From an uncultured virus (IMG/VR IMGVR_UViG_3300030098_006004) (lineage: Duplodnaviria > Heunggongvirae > Uroviricota > Caudoviricetes), in the IMG/VR virus record IMGVR_UViG_3300030098_006004: a stretch of 64,000 bases of DNA; one strand, 5' to 3'. Each line of letters starts with the position of its first letter. The stretch's first letter is position 1. This document shows, piece after piece, positions 27,486-36,669 of the stretch. The notes beneath the pieces are model-generated. The model was not told the DNA's origin. It did no database searches and saw only the letters and a list, made by a program, of their open reading frames with translations. Position numbers and translations under genes: made by a program.

Positions 27486-27724
27486 TGACGTTCTTCTACG
27501 TTCCTGTCCTTATCCATATAATATTCTTTTTGATTGTTTGGATCTTTGATTACAGCGGGGTAATACTGTTGACCTTTAACTGTATCTAAGCAGGCGTCCA
27601 GGTTGGCGCAGGTAATCTGCACAAGCAAGCCTTTCTGCTTTTCAGGATAAATGTGAAATGTGGGTGATACTGTGGTGTGGATTAATTTAGTCATAATATA
27701 TTCCTTAAGAGATGGGATATCCAA
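27476..27724 (-). CDS. hypothetical protein (probable start MTKLIH)
   Basis: ORF track; AAGGAA RBS; stop lies inside the tRNA. Confidence 0.5.
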   Translation of the reverse strand: MDIPSLKEYIMTKLIHTTVSPTFHIYPEKQKGLLVQITCANLDACLDTVKGQQYYPAVIKDPNNQKEYYMDKDRNVEERQGS

Positions 27725-28214
27725 CGTGATGTATTCCAGGCTTCACGTACTCTTTATCTTGCCATACAAACCAGGCATATTCAGTGGCATCGGTCCCTTT
27801 GCCAGTGAAGCTCGGTCTTTTGCTCAGAACATAAAGAGCATCTAGGGGGTGTTTTTTCCAGAATTCATAGCGCTTTTTAGAGCCTAGAAAGTTTATCCTT
27901 AATAGCATTACTACGCACTTTGCGCGTGGTAACGAATGCTCAATAAATTCTTGAGCAATGCTAAAAGGAGGATTGGTAAAGATAAGATCTGTTGTATCGT
28001 CCCAGTTAAAGAAGTCCTCTCCCTCTCGAATTTCTGTACTGGTGACTTGAAGACCTTTAGAATCCAGGAAAGAAACAATTCTTCCATCCCCACGACAAGG
28101 TTCGTGAGCATTGTTAAAAAGATGGAAAGGGAACTCGATGTTTTCATAACACCACTCAGGCGTAGCATAGAAATCATAAGCATTTCTTTGAAGAATGGGC
28201 TTAGCTCTGCTCAT
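27705..28214 (-). CDS. phage-type amino (N6-adenine) DNA methyltransferase
   Basis: DFYATP, EPC.GDG.I, TNPPF, LLR..FL, RP.F, YAWFVW. Confidence 0.85.
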   Translation of the reverse strand: MSRAKPILQRNAYDFYATPEWCYENIEFPFHLFNNAHEPCRGDGRIVSFLDSKGLQVTSTEIREGEDFFNWDDTTDLIFTNPPFSIAQEFIEHSLPRAKCVVMLLRINFLGSKKRYEFWKKHPLDALYVLSKRPSFTGKGTDATEYAWFVWQDKEYVKPGIHHVGYPIS

Positions 28215-28638
28215 TGAATGTCTCCTTAAACTCAGTATATTTAAAAACGCTCATCTTTTGCGCTCCAGAAGATGGGACCTTGCTCAAAGACAACGCCATC
28301 TCTTTAGCTTCTTTATAGATACTGTCTCCTCTGGTACTATCCCAATGAGGACCTCCCAGAATCAAGATGTAGTGGTTGCATTTAATTCTACGATGAGCAT
28401 TCCACAATTCTGAAAATGGCTTCTGATCGCATGTACCGGGAACAGCCTGATACTTGAGTTCAATCTGTGTGTCTGTTTCTTGAAGCCACTTGTCCGCTTG
28501 GTTCCGAGTCTTGCCAGTGCCCCAGATAGCTTCGTACTTGGGAGGCTTGATAGGGTGCTTTCCTCTTGACTCTAACCATAGCTGTACGCTTTCTTCAAAC
28601 TGCTTGCCGGTATAGTTGGCTTTGCTTCCTTGCTGCAT
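28201..28638 (-). CDS. PD-(D/E)XK nuclease superfamily protein
   Basis: G..FE..V, AD......IELKYQ...GT.DQK. Confidence 0.7.
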   Translation of the reverse strand: MQQGSKANYTGKQFEESVQLWLESRGKHPIKPPKYEAIWGTGKTRNQADKWLQETDTQIELKYQAVPGTCDQKPFSELWNAHRRIKCNHYILILGGPHWDSTRGDSIYKEAKEMALSLSKVPSSGAQKMSVFKYTEFKETFNEQS

Positions 28639-28978
28639 GATAACTCCTTAACTGAATGAGCCGCATATTACATTGTTTACTTTAAGCGCGAATCCTGCTT
28701 TTTCAAGGTCTTCTCGCGCTTCTCCTAAATAAGTTACAGTAACTTCTTCAGGATTATAAGTCCAGACATCTACGCGATCCCAATCTCCAAAGGGATGTAC
28801 ATTGCGGGCTCCTTCTTCGTCCTCCGCGACAACTACACAAGATTCAAAGCTACCTTCGCTTTGGTTGCTGTCCTGTGTTAAAAGGTACAGTTTCATTTTA
28901 TCTCCTACATTAAAGGGTAAACAAGAATGAAAGCAATTGCAATTGCTCCAATTCGAAAAATATATCTCAAGAAATCCT

Positions 28979-29308
28979 TCATTCAACACCTCTGTTTTTT
29001 TTATCGTCTTTGATGATCTCTTCAATGTTGTGAAGCGCCTCATCAAGAGTCTTAAAACGCCCCAAAGGTCCCACTGAAACTACAGAGCCTTCCTCATCGG
29101 CGCGGCGGATGGTGTAGAGTTCTTCGCCGTCAGGATCGTGGTGCGGATAAATCTCGGATGAAATAAAATAGCAGTAGTGAAAAACGTGCTGATAGTATTT
29201 AGATTGCAGGTATGCCGCAGTTTTAGGGTCAAAATAGTAATGATTGTTAGCACGGTTTGTTTTTACAATATGCGCTACGTTCATAAACTTGGGGTCTTTA
29301 TTACTCAT
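28979..29308 (-). CDS. conserved phage hypothetical protein
   Basis: N...H.YFD..T...S......YFISSE...YTIR....G.V......F.T..A. Confidence 0.55.
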   Translation of the reverse strand: MSNKDPKFMNVAHIVKTNRANNHYYFDPKTAAYLQSKYYQHVFHYCYFISSEIYPHHDPDGEELYTIRRADEEGSVVSVGPLGRFKTLDEALHNIEEIIKDDKKNRGVE

Positions 29309-29470
29309 ACTTTAAATATTTTTTAATCAAATTATTTTTACAGTCTTTGTATTTTGAACTGAACTCGTCAAGATAATCTTCTGTTCTTTTGATTGGTCGT
29401 ATCTTTGTATACGACTCTTTAATCTTTTTTGGAATATGCATAATCATATTTGGTATTGCATATATGTCTA

Positions 29471-30232
29471 TCATTTCTTCTTCCTAAACTTTTTAAGGTG
29501 ACGTTCTTCTGTATGCACCGGCTCATTAGAACCAACAGGAAGAACTGTGAGTCGCTTTGCCCCTTTGGCATGACTGACTACTTCGTCAAGATACTCCAAA
29601 ACAACTGCTCCGTTGAATGGAATATCGTTTCGCCGCATGAAGCGCTTAATCTCGTCAGTTTGGCGAAAAGACACCATGTCTCCTATCGCATAGGCAGGGT
29701 CTTGGTAATAGGTGGTGAGAACTTTTTGAGCATATTTATTTTCAGCGATTGCTTTCCACTGCTTCCTGCTTGGAACGAATGTTTCTTCATACAAAATGTC
29801 TCGCGCAAGCGCGGTGAAGTATCCTGTTCCTTCATAATATTTGGCGATAATCTTGGCATCTTTCAAGTGGCTATCTCGGTATTTGATAGCCCACTCTTCT
29901 TTTGCTTGAAGATTTTCTGGGCTGAACTTTTCAATAATCCGTGCAAGAATAGCATACTGCTTCTCACTCAGCTTATCATGACGCTCAAACCATTCAGTCA
30001 CTGATTCAACAAAGTTTTTATCCCACCCAACTAACTCTTGGTTGGATAAGAATTTGAATGCTTCTTTGATTTTTGCGTTGTCCATTATTATCTCCATTGC
30101 TTTGTTACTATAAGATAATAAGCACGGTCTGGGTTTATTCAACCACTTCTTTGACAGCGTTAAAGATTTTTTCTGCAACCTTCTTATACAACTCAACAAT
30201 CTCTTCAGTTGAATTTTTGTTTCCAAAGTCAC
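29471..30232 (-). CDS. hypothetical protein with C-terminal SH3-like domain (true start probably near MDNAK)
   Basis: W..NFVES.......LSEKQ...L N-terminal motif; YAIGDMV near C-terminus. Confidence 0.55.
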   Translation of the reverse strand: MTLETKIQLKRLLSCIRRLQKKSLTLSKKWLNKPRPCLLSYSNKAMEIIMDNAKIKEAFKFLSNQELVGWDKNFVESVTEWFERHDKLSEKQYAILARIIEKFSPENLQAKEEWAIKYRDSHLKDAKIIAKYYEGTGYFTALARDILYEETFVPSRKQWKAIAENKYAQKVLTTYYQDPAYAIGDMVSFRQTDEIKRFMRRNDIPFNGAVVLEYLDEVVSHAKGAKRLTVLPVGSNEPVHTEERHLKKFRKKK

Positions 30233-31020
30233 TCCAAAGTTCTAACACTTCAGCGTTAGAAGTAGCCTCGGTAATTTTCTGGGCGACTAACTCTACTTTG
30301 TTTGTCATTCTCTCTCTCCTCACTCAATGATATCTACATCTTGAATAAAAATATTTTCGTCAGTTAGGTTGGACCAATTTTCTAGGGCTTCTTGATCAGT
30401 CAACTGCTTGGGGATTTTCTTTTCTTTTCTCTTGTCTTGAACGATGGCGAGTACCAAGCCGTCAGCAACTTTTTTGTCTTTACATGGAAAGACATCCATT
30501 CCACCATTGTTCTCATAAATGATTATAGTAACTTTCATTCTTACCTATCTTAAGTATCGCTTTCTTTAAATTTTAAAAGAGTTTTTCTGATATTATTTAT
30601 TCTTTCCTTCAAGACCTCGGGCTTTGCATGATCTACAGCTTCTTTCAAGAGATATAGATCAGAAATAGCCTTGTCCAATAATTTGTCGTTTTTCGCTGGA
30701 ATGTGAACTCGCATAAGATATTTTTCCTCGTGCTTGCTTTTAGCGCACTACTTAATATGAGTGAAAGTCCTTTAGCCTTATGTTCCGAAAAACAAGGGAA
30801 AATTTTTATAAAATTAAAGAACTATAAGGCTAAAGGAAGTCTAACTTTTTTCGTCTAATTTGATTAGTTGTATGACTTCTTCTATCATTTCTACCAACTC
30901 CCAATCTGTAACGAAAGCATTTCCTGTTTTTTTTATATTATCAATTTTTTTTTGAAGTTTGTTAAGGGCAGAAGATAAATCTTTTTCACTTTCCATTATG
31001 TTTATCTTCCCTTCTGTGTT

Positions 31021-31326
31021 TTATTCTTTTGTTTTCAAGTATTCTTCGTATGGTATTTCATAAATCTTCGGCTTAACGCCGGTCGGCTTCACTCCAAGGA
31101 AATGGTCGTAGCGACATAGAGTAGCTGCGACTGCCTCTATCTTAATAGCCCCGCATTCGCAAGAAGTAGGTTTGACTTCTTTTCCCTCTATTAGGTCATG
31201 ATAATAAAGTTTCGTTTCGCACTTTTCACATTCAATGACAGTAGAAAAATTTGGAACCCATACGTCGTCCTCGGCTTTTTTTATCTCATCAAGGATATTT
31301 CCAAAGCCAACTGTTCTTAAGCCCAT
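31021..31326 (-). CDS. zinc-ribbon hypothetical protein
   Basis: CEKC...CECG. Confidence 0.55.
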   Translation of the reverse strand: MGLRTVGFGNILDEIKKAEDDVWVPNFSTVIECEKCETKLYYHDLIEGKEVKPTSCECGAIKIEAVAATLCRYDHFLGVKPTGVKPKIYEIPYEEYLKTKE

Positions 31327-31497
31327 CTATCTTCCTTGTCCACGATACTTTTTTTTGTAACACTTAGATGTGGTTGACCCTTTCGCTCCTCCTCCTTTGT
31401 GACCCGTTTTGGTGTGCTTGCTGTTTCCTTGGCGGGTTTTTTTAGGTACGGAGGTGAGAGTTTTGCCACTTCCTTTAGTCTTAGCCATTTGTCTTCC

Positions 31498-32496
31498 TTA
31501 TATTTTATCTTTTTGATCTGAGAAGAACACTTTAACCTCATGAGGAACACCAAGTTCAAGCGCTCTAGTAATAACTAGTCTCGCTTGGTCTTCGTTCCCA
31601 AGATTTACTGTTTCTCCTCCAATAAGGACTTTCCAGGCATTAAGTTGGCGTAAGATGTCCATTTTATTAAGGACTACGTGTGTAACATCATTTACTTTGA
31701 TTGCCCGTATTAGGCGAGTAACGTCCAGCCAGTTACATTGTCTTGGTCGTCCAGTAGTTGCCCCGTATTCTTCTCCAAGGTCACGCATACGGCTAAATAC
31801 TTCCTGGTCTGGCTCAAATTTCTTGGCACCCACATAAGTCTCATAGATTTTACCTACACCCCAGACATTTCTAATCCAACTGGGAGGGATTGCGTTTAGT
31901 AGAGCACCAGCCGTTGTACAATGACTAGAAGTAACAAAAGGATAATCTCCCCAGTCAATATCCAACTCAAACCCTTGGGCTCCTTCACATAATATTTTAA
32001 CTTCTTCATTTTCATGAAACTCTTCGTATAAGTTTAATGTATATTCTTTTAAGTCGGGGTCGTCTTTTGCTAGTAGCCCATCTCGACTGTATTTGTCTCG
32101 GTAGGCAGGACCGTTGCCCCGCTTTGTTGTTCCAATCTTGGTGTCTTTACCGTCTTCTTCTAAGTGAGCGTCGGTAATGACATGTGTGTTTTGGGCAATA
32201 AAGATAAGTCCTTTTGTATTGACACCGCCTTCTTCAAGCTCGCCAATCTCTTTAAAGAACTGCTCTTTGTTTACTACACACCCTGAGCCGATTACAGATT
32301 TGATACCATAAAAGACGCCAGCAGGAATGTGATGGGTAACAAATTTTCTTCCCTCGTGATAAATTGTATGACCTGCATTGCATCCTCCATTGTATCTTAA
32401 TACGTGTGTATATTCTCCACTCTTACATAGGTGGTGGGTCACCTTTCCTTTTGCTTCGTCTCCGTGTTGAAGACCAATAACGACATCAGCAAGCAT
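31498..32496 (-). CDS. purA: adenylosuccinate synthetase (short form)
   Basis: GLQHGDEAKGK, GG.NAGHT, IGTT.RG.GPAY.DK, EGAQG..LD.DWG.YPFVTSS, GATTGRPR.C.WLD. Confidence 0.93.
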   Translation of the reverse strand: MLADVVIGLQHGDEAKGKVTHHLCKSGEYTHVLRYNGGCNAGHTIYHEGRKFVTHHIPAGVFYGIKSVIGSGCVVNKEQFFKEIGELEEGGVNTKGLIFIAQNTHVITDAHLEEDGKDTKIGTTKRGNGPAYRDKYSRDGLLAKDDPDLKEYTLNLYEEFHENEEVKILCEGAQGFELDIDWGDYPFVTSSHCTTAGALLNAIPPSWIRNVWGVGKIYETYVGAKKFEPDQEVFSRMRDLGEEYGATTGRPRQCNWLDVTRLIRAIKVNDVTHVVLNKMDILRQLNAWKVLIGGETVNLGNEDQARLVITRALELGVPHEVKVFFSDQKDKI

Positions 32497-32555
32497 TTTA
32501 TCTCCTTTGCTTACTTAATATTATAATCACATTATAATTTGCTTCAATAAGAAAA

Positions 32556-32999
32556 TTAATCTTGTTTTAACGGCGTTCGCCAGGTAGAAAATAGACTGGT
32601 CTTGCATTTAGTTCTACCAATTTCACAAAGAACTTGCTTGGGATTATACCCTACGATTATCTTAGTCCCAATGACAAAAATAGGAACAGCATCCAAGTTG
32701 CCTGCGTATCCGATTGTCTTTGCGTAATCCATTAGTTTTTTTTTCTCTTCTGGGTCGTCATAATCTCTTTCGACAAACTTAATCTTTTCTTTTGTCATCC
32801 ACTTCTTGGCTACTTTGCACCAGTAGCACCAGTCAGTGCTGTATAACATTACAATAAACTCGCCTTTCTTGGGCTCTGTTTGCTGAATACTATCTGATTC
32901 AGGGTGGTGAATGGCGGTTGGTTGCCATCCAGTCGTTCCGCAGGACATGATAATGAATAGCGAAAGGGCGGTAAATATTAGACGTTGAATAAGAAACAT
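32556..32999 (-). CDS. glutaredoxin-like lipoprotein
   Basis: Lipobox IMSC; YST.WCYWC; VP.FVIG. Confidence 0.75.
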   Translation of the reverse strand: MFLIQRLIFTALSLFIIMSCGTTGWQPTAIHHPESDSIQQTEPKKGEFIVMLYSTDWCYWCKVAKKWMTKEKIKFVERDYDDPEEKKKLMDYAKTIGYAGNLDAVPIFVIGTKIIVGYNPKQVLCEIGRTKCKTSLFSTWRTPLKQD

Positions 33000-33029
33000 A
33001 CACCTATAACTAGTGGCGCACTTGATTTC

Positions 33030-33569
33030 CTATACTACCGAGCGCTTACCTTTACACTTCCATTTCTTTCGGGATAGGGTGTTGGCGCAAGGGGGGTTCT
33101 TGCATTTCTTAATACCAGCCGAACGCGCACAGTAACCGTGGGCTTTTTCTGTTCCTGGTTGAATGCGGTCCTTGCCGTCTTTTGCTTTGCCTGCTTGCCC
33201 ATGAGATACGCACTTACCATCTACTCTCTTGGCGAATCTTTTGCCTTTGGTGGGCGTGCAAGGTTTCTTCTTCTTTTTCTTCTTTTTTTTCTTCTCTTCA
33301 AGCTCTTGTGTCTCTCTGCACACAGGGCAATACTCTTCGTTTTCGTCAATGGCATCTACTTCATAAAATGTTTCTTCTTTAATGTCTAAAGTCTCAGGGT
33401 AATCAGGGTCGCCAGGTTTGGCTTTCTTTTCTCCTGATCCTGCCTTAATCCTGTCGTCTTTAGCAGCGATATTAGCCCACAGCCCTGGTTTTTTGGCTTC
33501 TTGCATGGAAGAGGGGCTTTGTTCCGAGTCGTTCAGGTATTTGCGCCAATTTTCAATTAAAAGTTTCAT
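33030..33569 (-). CDS. leader-bearing basic virion-type protein
   Basis: MKLLIENWRKYLND leader; KPGLWANI; PGT....YCARS......SRKKWKC. Confidence 0.65.
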   Translation of the reverse strand: MKLLIENWRKYLNDSEQSPSSMQEAKKPGLWANIAAKDDRIKAGSGEKKAKPGDPDYPETLDIKEETFYEVDAIDENEEYCPVCRETQELEEKKKKKKKKKKPCTPTKGKRFAKRVDGKCVSHGQAGKAKDGKDRIQPGTEKAHGYCARSAGIKKCKNPPCANTLSRKKWKCKGKRSVV

Positions 33570-33584
33570 CTATATAAATAGTCC

Positions 33585-34007
33585 TTACGGGATATATTGC
33601 CTATCAAACATAGTGATGCCATTGAGATGGTCAATTTCATGTTGAACGCAGACACATTCTAACAGGTTTTCTTCGTTAAAGTTAAGCGGTTCTTCGTGAT
33701 TATCTGCTATAACTGTAACAGAGGTAAACCTCTCTGTAAGAACTGTCTCGTCTGGGAAAGAAAGACAGCCTTCAGCAAAATGCGTCTTGCCGTATGCTTT
33801 CACAATCTTTGGATTTATAAAAACGATAGGCTTATCTACGTTCACCAAGCAGACATTCTTTTGAATGCCAATTTGGTTGGCAGCGATTCCGACACCATGC
33901 TCTGGTAACGAATCCAATAGAACTTGAGCAATTTGATTGCCTTCTTCTATTTCAACTTCTTCACAAGGTAGCGATAATAAATCGTTATTTAGTAATAGTG
34001 GTTTCAT
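33585..34007 (-). CDS. def: peptide deformylase
   Basis: GVGIAANQIG, EGCLS, QHEIDHLNG. Confidence 0.93.
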   Translation of the reverse strand: MKPLLLNNDLLSLPCEEVEIEEGNQIAQVLLDSLPEHGVGIAANQIGIQKNVCLVNVDKPIVFINPKIVKAYGKTHFAEGCLSFPDETVLTERFTSVTVIADNHEEPLNFNEENLLECVCVQHEIDHLNGITMFDRQYIP

Positions 34008-34620
34008 TACTATAAGTATTCATCTTCTTAAATAAATACCTTATAGAATAGAAAGCAATAAAAGCCAAAGCCAAGCCGCCGAGAACATCAACTACATAAT
34101 GGACCTTGAGTGTAAGAGTAGATAAGGTTACACCGATAGCCCATAGCAAAAATAATGATCTCAACCCAAACGTTTTCTTTGCGTCTTGAGAATAAAACAC
34201 ACCCAAAAATAATATCCAAGAATAACAGACATGTCCGCTGGGGAATGTATTACTGCCGTTGTCTACCTCATAGGTTAAAGCCAAGAGTTGTTCTGACAAT
34301 CCAGTAGGAATTATATCTGGTCTTGGATAAAAGGACGGCATAAGCACGTAAATCAAATGTATGATGAACGTAGCACTCAAGCACGCCCAAAAGGTATTTA
34401 AAAAGTTTCTTCGGTTGTTGACCAAAAGGAACATAGTTGCACCAATCACGGGTATCAAGCTGTGATAAATCCAAACAAAATCAGGTATGAAGGGAATAAA
34501 ACTGTCTAGCTCTGTTAAAAGCTCGTGTTGATGCGAGACGATATTCTGGATTAGGAAGTAAGTACCCAAGATAAATATCGTCAAGAAAGACAGATACTTA
34601 GCTTTAACAGTGTTGGACAT
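33985..34620 (-). CDS. PAP2-superfamily membrane phosphatase/phosphotransferase
   Basis: Multiple TM segments; RP, N.FPSGHV, STL..K.HY..DV..G. Confidence 0.85.
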   Translation of the reverse strand: MSNTVKAKYLSFLTIFILGTYFLIQNIVSHQHELLTELDSFIPFIPDFVWIYHSLIPVIGATMFLLVNNRRNFLNTFWACLSATFIIHLIYVLMPSFYPRPDIIPTGLSEQLLALTYEVDNGSNTFPSGHVCYSWILFLGVFYSQDAKKTFGLRSLFLLWAIGVTLSTLTLKVHYVVDVLGGLALAFIAFYSIRYLFKKMNTYSNETTITK

Positions 34621-34717
34621 TCAACTACTCCAGGATGAAAAAGATGGATGTGTTACTCAAGTGCGTAATCTTTTTCGCACATCCATCTATAAATATGCAT
34701 TTTTTATACTAAAAGCA

Positions 34718-35134
34718 TTATTTTACTGCGATTTTTTGAACTTTTGGCAAAGTTGTTGCAGGCTTGACAATGTTAATGGCGAAAATTCCATCTTCATAAG
34801 AGGCAGAGACGCTCTCTAAGTCTGTACCGTCAGGCACGGTCCAGCTTTTATTGAAGGCGGAATAATTAAAGAACCTATTGGTCTTTTTTTCTGTCTTGTA
34901 GGTTAGTTTTAAAGTAGTACCTACGAGCGTAAGATCAAAATCTTCTTTCTTTACGCCTGGTGCTGCCAGACTAATTGTGTAGTCTTTCTCCCCTTCATCA
35001 ACAAAGACCTTTGGGAAGTTGTTTTTGATAGGATTCACTGTGTAGGGTGCAATATCCCTGCTAAAAAGATTATCTACAAAGCTGTCAAGCAGCGTATCTA
35101 AGTTCATGGGGTTTCCGTGTTTAATCAAAGTCAT
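34718..35134 (-). CDS. small heat shock protein Hsp20
   Basis: I.LAAPG.KKEDF, F.KSW..P, A.YEDGI..I. Confidence 0.88.
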   Translation of the reverse strand: MTLIKHGNPMNLDTLLDSFVDNLFSRDIAPYTVNPIKNNFPKVFVDEGEKDYTISLAAPGVKKEDFDLTLVGTTLKLTYKTEKKTNRFFNYSAFNKSWTVPDGTDLESVSASYEDGIFAINIVKPATTLPKVQKIAVK

Positions 35135-35226
35135 TTTATTTTCTCCTTGTAACTTTATTAAACCTCATCTGAGGTTGCATAAAAATAAGCACCATTTTTA
35201 CCCGGTCAAGAGAAAAAAGTATTTTT

Positions 35227-35490
35227 TTAAAACTTTTTTGGATGGGCAAGGTGAGTAACTAAATCATCGCATCCGCCAATCCAGGTGTAAGTTCCTGTTT
35301 CTCTATCTACACCGAACACCATAGGAAAAGAAGGATGGTCATATGCTTCTTTGAGCGATTGTATAAACTTTGGCGGACATACGTCGGCTGTAAGAACCTT
35401 GTAAGGAATCTTCCGGCTGGAAAGCTCTGCAATAGCCTTGACGCAGTAAGGACAGTTTACTTTAATGTATAGGATGTATTCTTTAAACAT
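35227..35490 (-). CDS. glutaredoxin
   Basis: CPYC, FP.VF, IGGCDDL. Confidence 0.85.
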   Translation of the reverse strand: MFKEYILYIKVNCPYCVKAIAELSSRKIPYKVLTADVCPPKFIQSLKEAYDHPSFPMVFGVDRETGTYTWIGGCDDLVTHLAHPKKF

Positions 35491-36045
35491 GTTAGTTGTA
35501 GTGGTTAGATATGTGGAAATGTTTACGCAAATCACTTTTGATCTGTTCGCGTGCGAAAATTGATGCTTCTATCAGCATAGCTTCTTGTTGGGGTACAGTA
35601 ATAAGTTCTTTTGCATCTTTTTTTGTTATGGGCATATTTTCAAACCAATTTTCTATTTGCTCTTTTAGTTTAAAATTAAGAGAATAGCTTTCGCATAATA
35701 GGGATAAGAATATCTTATTAGAACTCCCTTTTTCAAAAAAATCGTTCAATAGCTCTTGCGAGATAGAGAGTTGATCATCACAGTCCACATACAAATCTTC
35801 CATAACTGATGTTTCAAAAGTGAACAAGACTTTACTTTCGTCGCTCATTGAGCCTCGCTTTACAAGGAAACACATCCTGTTTGTTAACTGTCCATTCTTT
35901 TCCGTCTATCAAGACATTTATATAGTTATTGCCCACCTCGGTTACAAGGAAATTTCTTGGAACTTTAGTGATTAAGGATTTGGAAAAATCTGAATGTGCT
36001 CTAACGTTGGAAGGAACCCAAACCAGGTCTCCTCTCTTTACTCTC

Positions 36046-36384
36046 TCATTCATTGAGACCTTCATCAGGAGTAGAAGGCAGCGGAGCTGTTTGGGCTGCT
36101 TGAGCAGCTTCGACTTGTTGTTTTTGTATCTCACGCACTGTGGCTCCATAGCTACCAATAGTCTTGTCGCAATCCTCAAGTCCATTGTCAATTTGCAGCA
36201 AACGGCGGCGAGTTCTATCGATCCTAGCGCTAATAATAGAGATATTATCATATTCTAAATCGTGCTTGAGTGCTTGCAAGTAATTTCCTAGTTCATGTAG
36301 ACTCTGTGACAAGTTCTCGAATCTTTCTTGAAGCTCTTTCGGTACATCTTGTAAATCAACTGAATATTCTATTTTTGTTCTCAT
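36046..36384 (-). CDS. coiled-coil hypothetical protein
   Basis: ORF track; GAGG RBS. Confidence 0.55.
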   Translation of the reverse strand: MRTKIEYSVDLQDVPKELQERFENLSQSLHELGNYLQALKHDLEYDNISIISARIDRTRRRLLQIDNGLEDCDKTIGSYGATVREIQKQQVEAAQAAQTAPLPSTPDEGLNE

Positions 36385-36391
36385 TTTAACC

Positions 36392-36667
36392 TCACATCAT
36401 TTTGAATATTTGCGCCACAACCAACCCGACTGTCGAGGTGGTGATAATCCACAGAAGCTTACTGGATGTTTCTTTCCAGTTTTCAATATCTTTTACTCTA
36501 GCAAACAGACCTTTGTCAGGGTCAAAGATAGCTTCTTTTATGTCTACAATAGCTGCGACGGCTTCTTTTTGATTGTCTTGAATATTGTCAATACCACTTA
36601 AAAGTTTTTGTTCAAATAATAAGAACTTCTTCTCTAAATCTGCTAACTTTTCTTTGTGGTCTTCCAT
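36392..36667 (-). CDS. small coiled-coil protein with C-terminal TM segment
   Basis: Start MEDHKE with GGAGG RBS; LLWIITTSTVGLVVAQIF. Confidence 0.55.
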   Translation of the reverse strand: MEDHKEKLADLEKKFLLFEQKLLSGIDNIQDNQKEAVAAIVDIKEAIFDPDKGLFARVKDIENWKETSSKLLWIITTSTVGLVVAQIFKMM

Positions 36668-36669
36668 TG

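Noticed and set aside
31498..32496. PurZ (2-aminoadenine, Z-genome pathway)
   Set aside because: The N-terminal motif is GDEAKG with the PurA catalytic Asp, whereas PurZ has Ser there. No MazZ or DatZ was recognised nearby.
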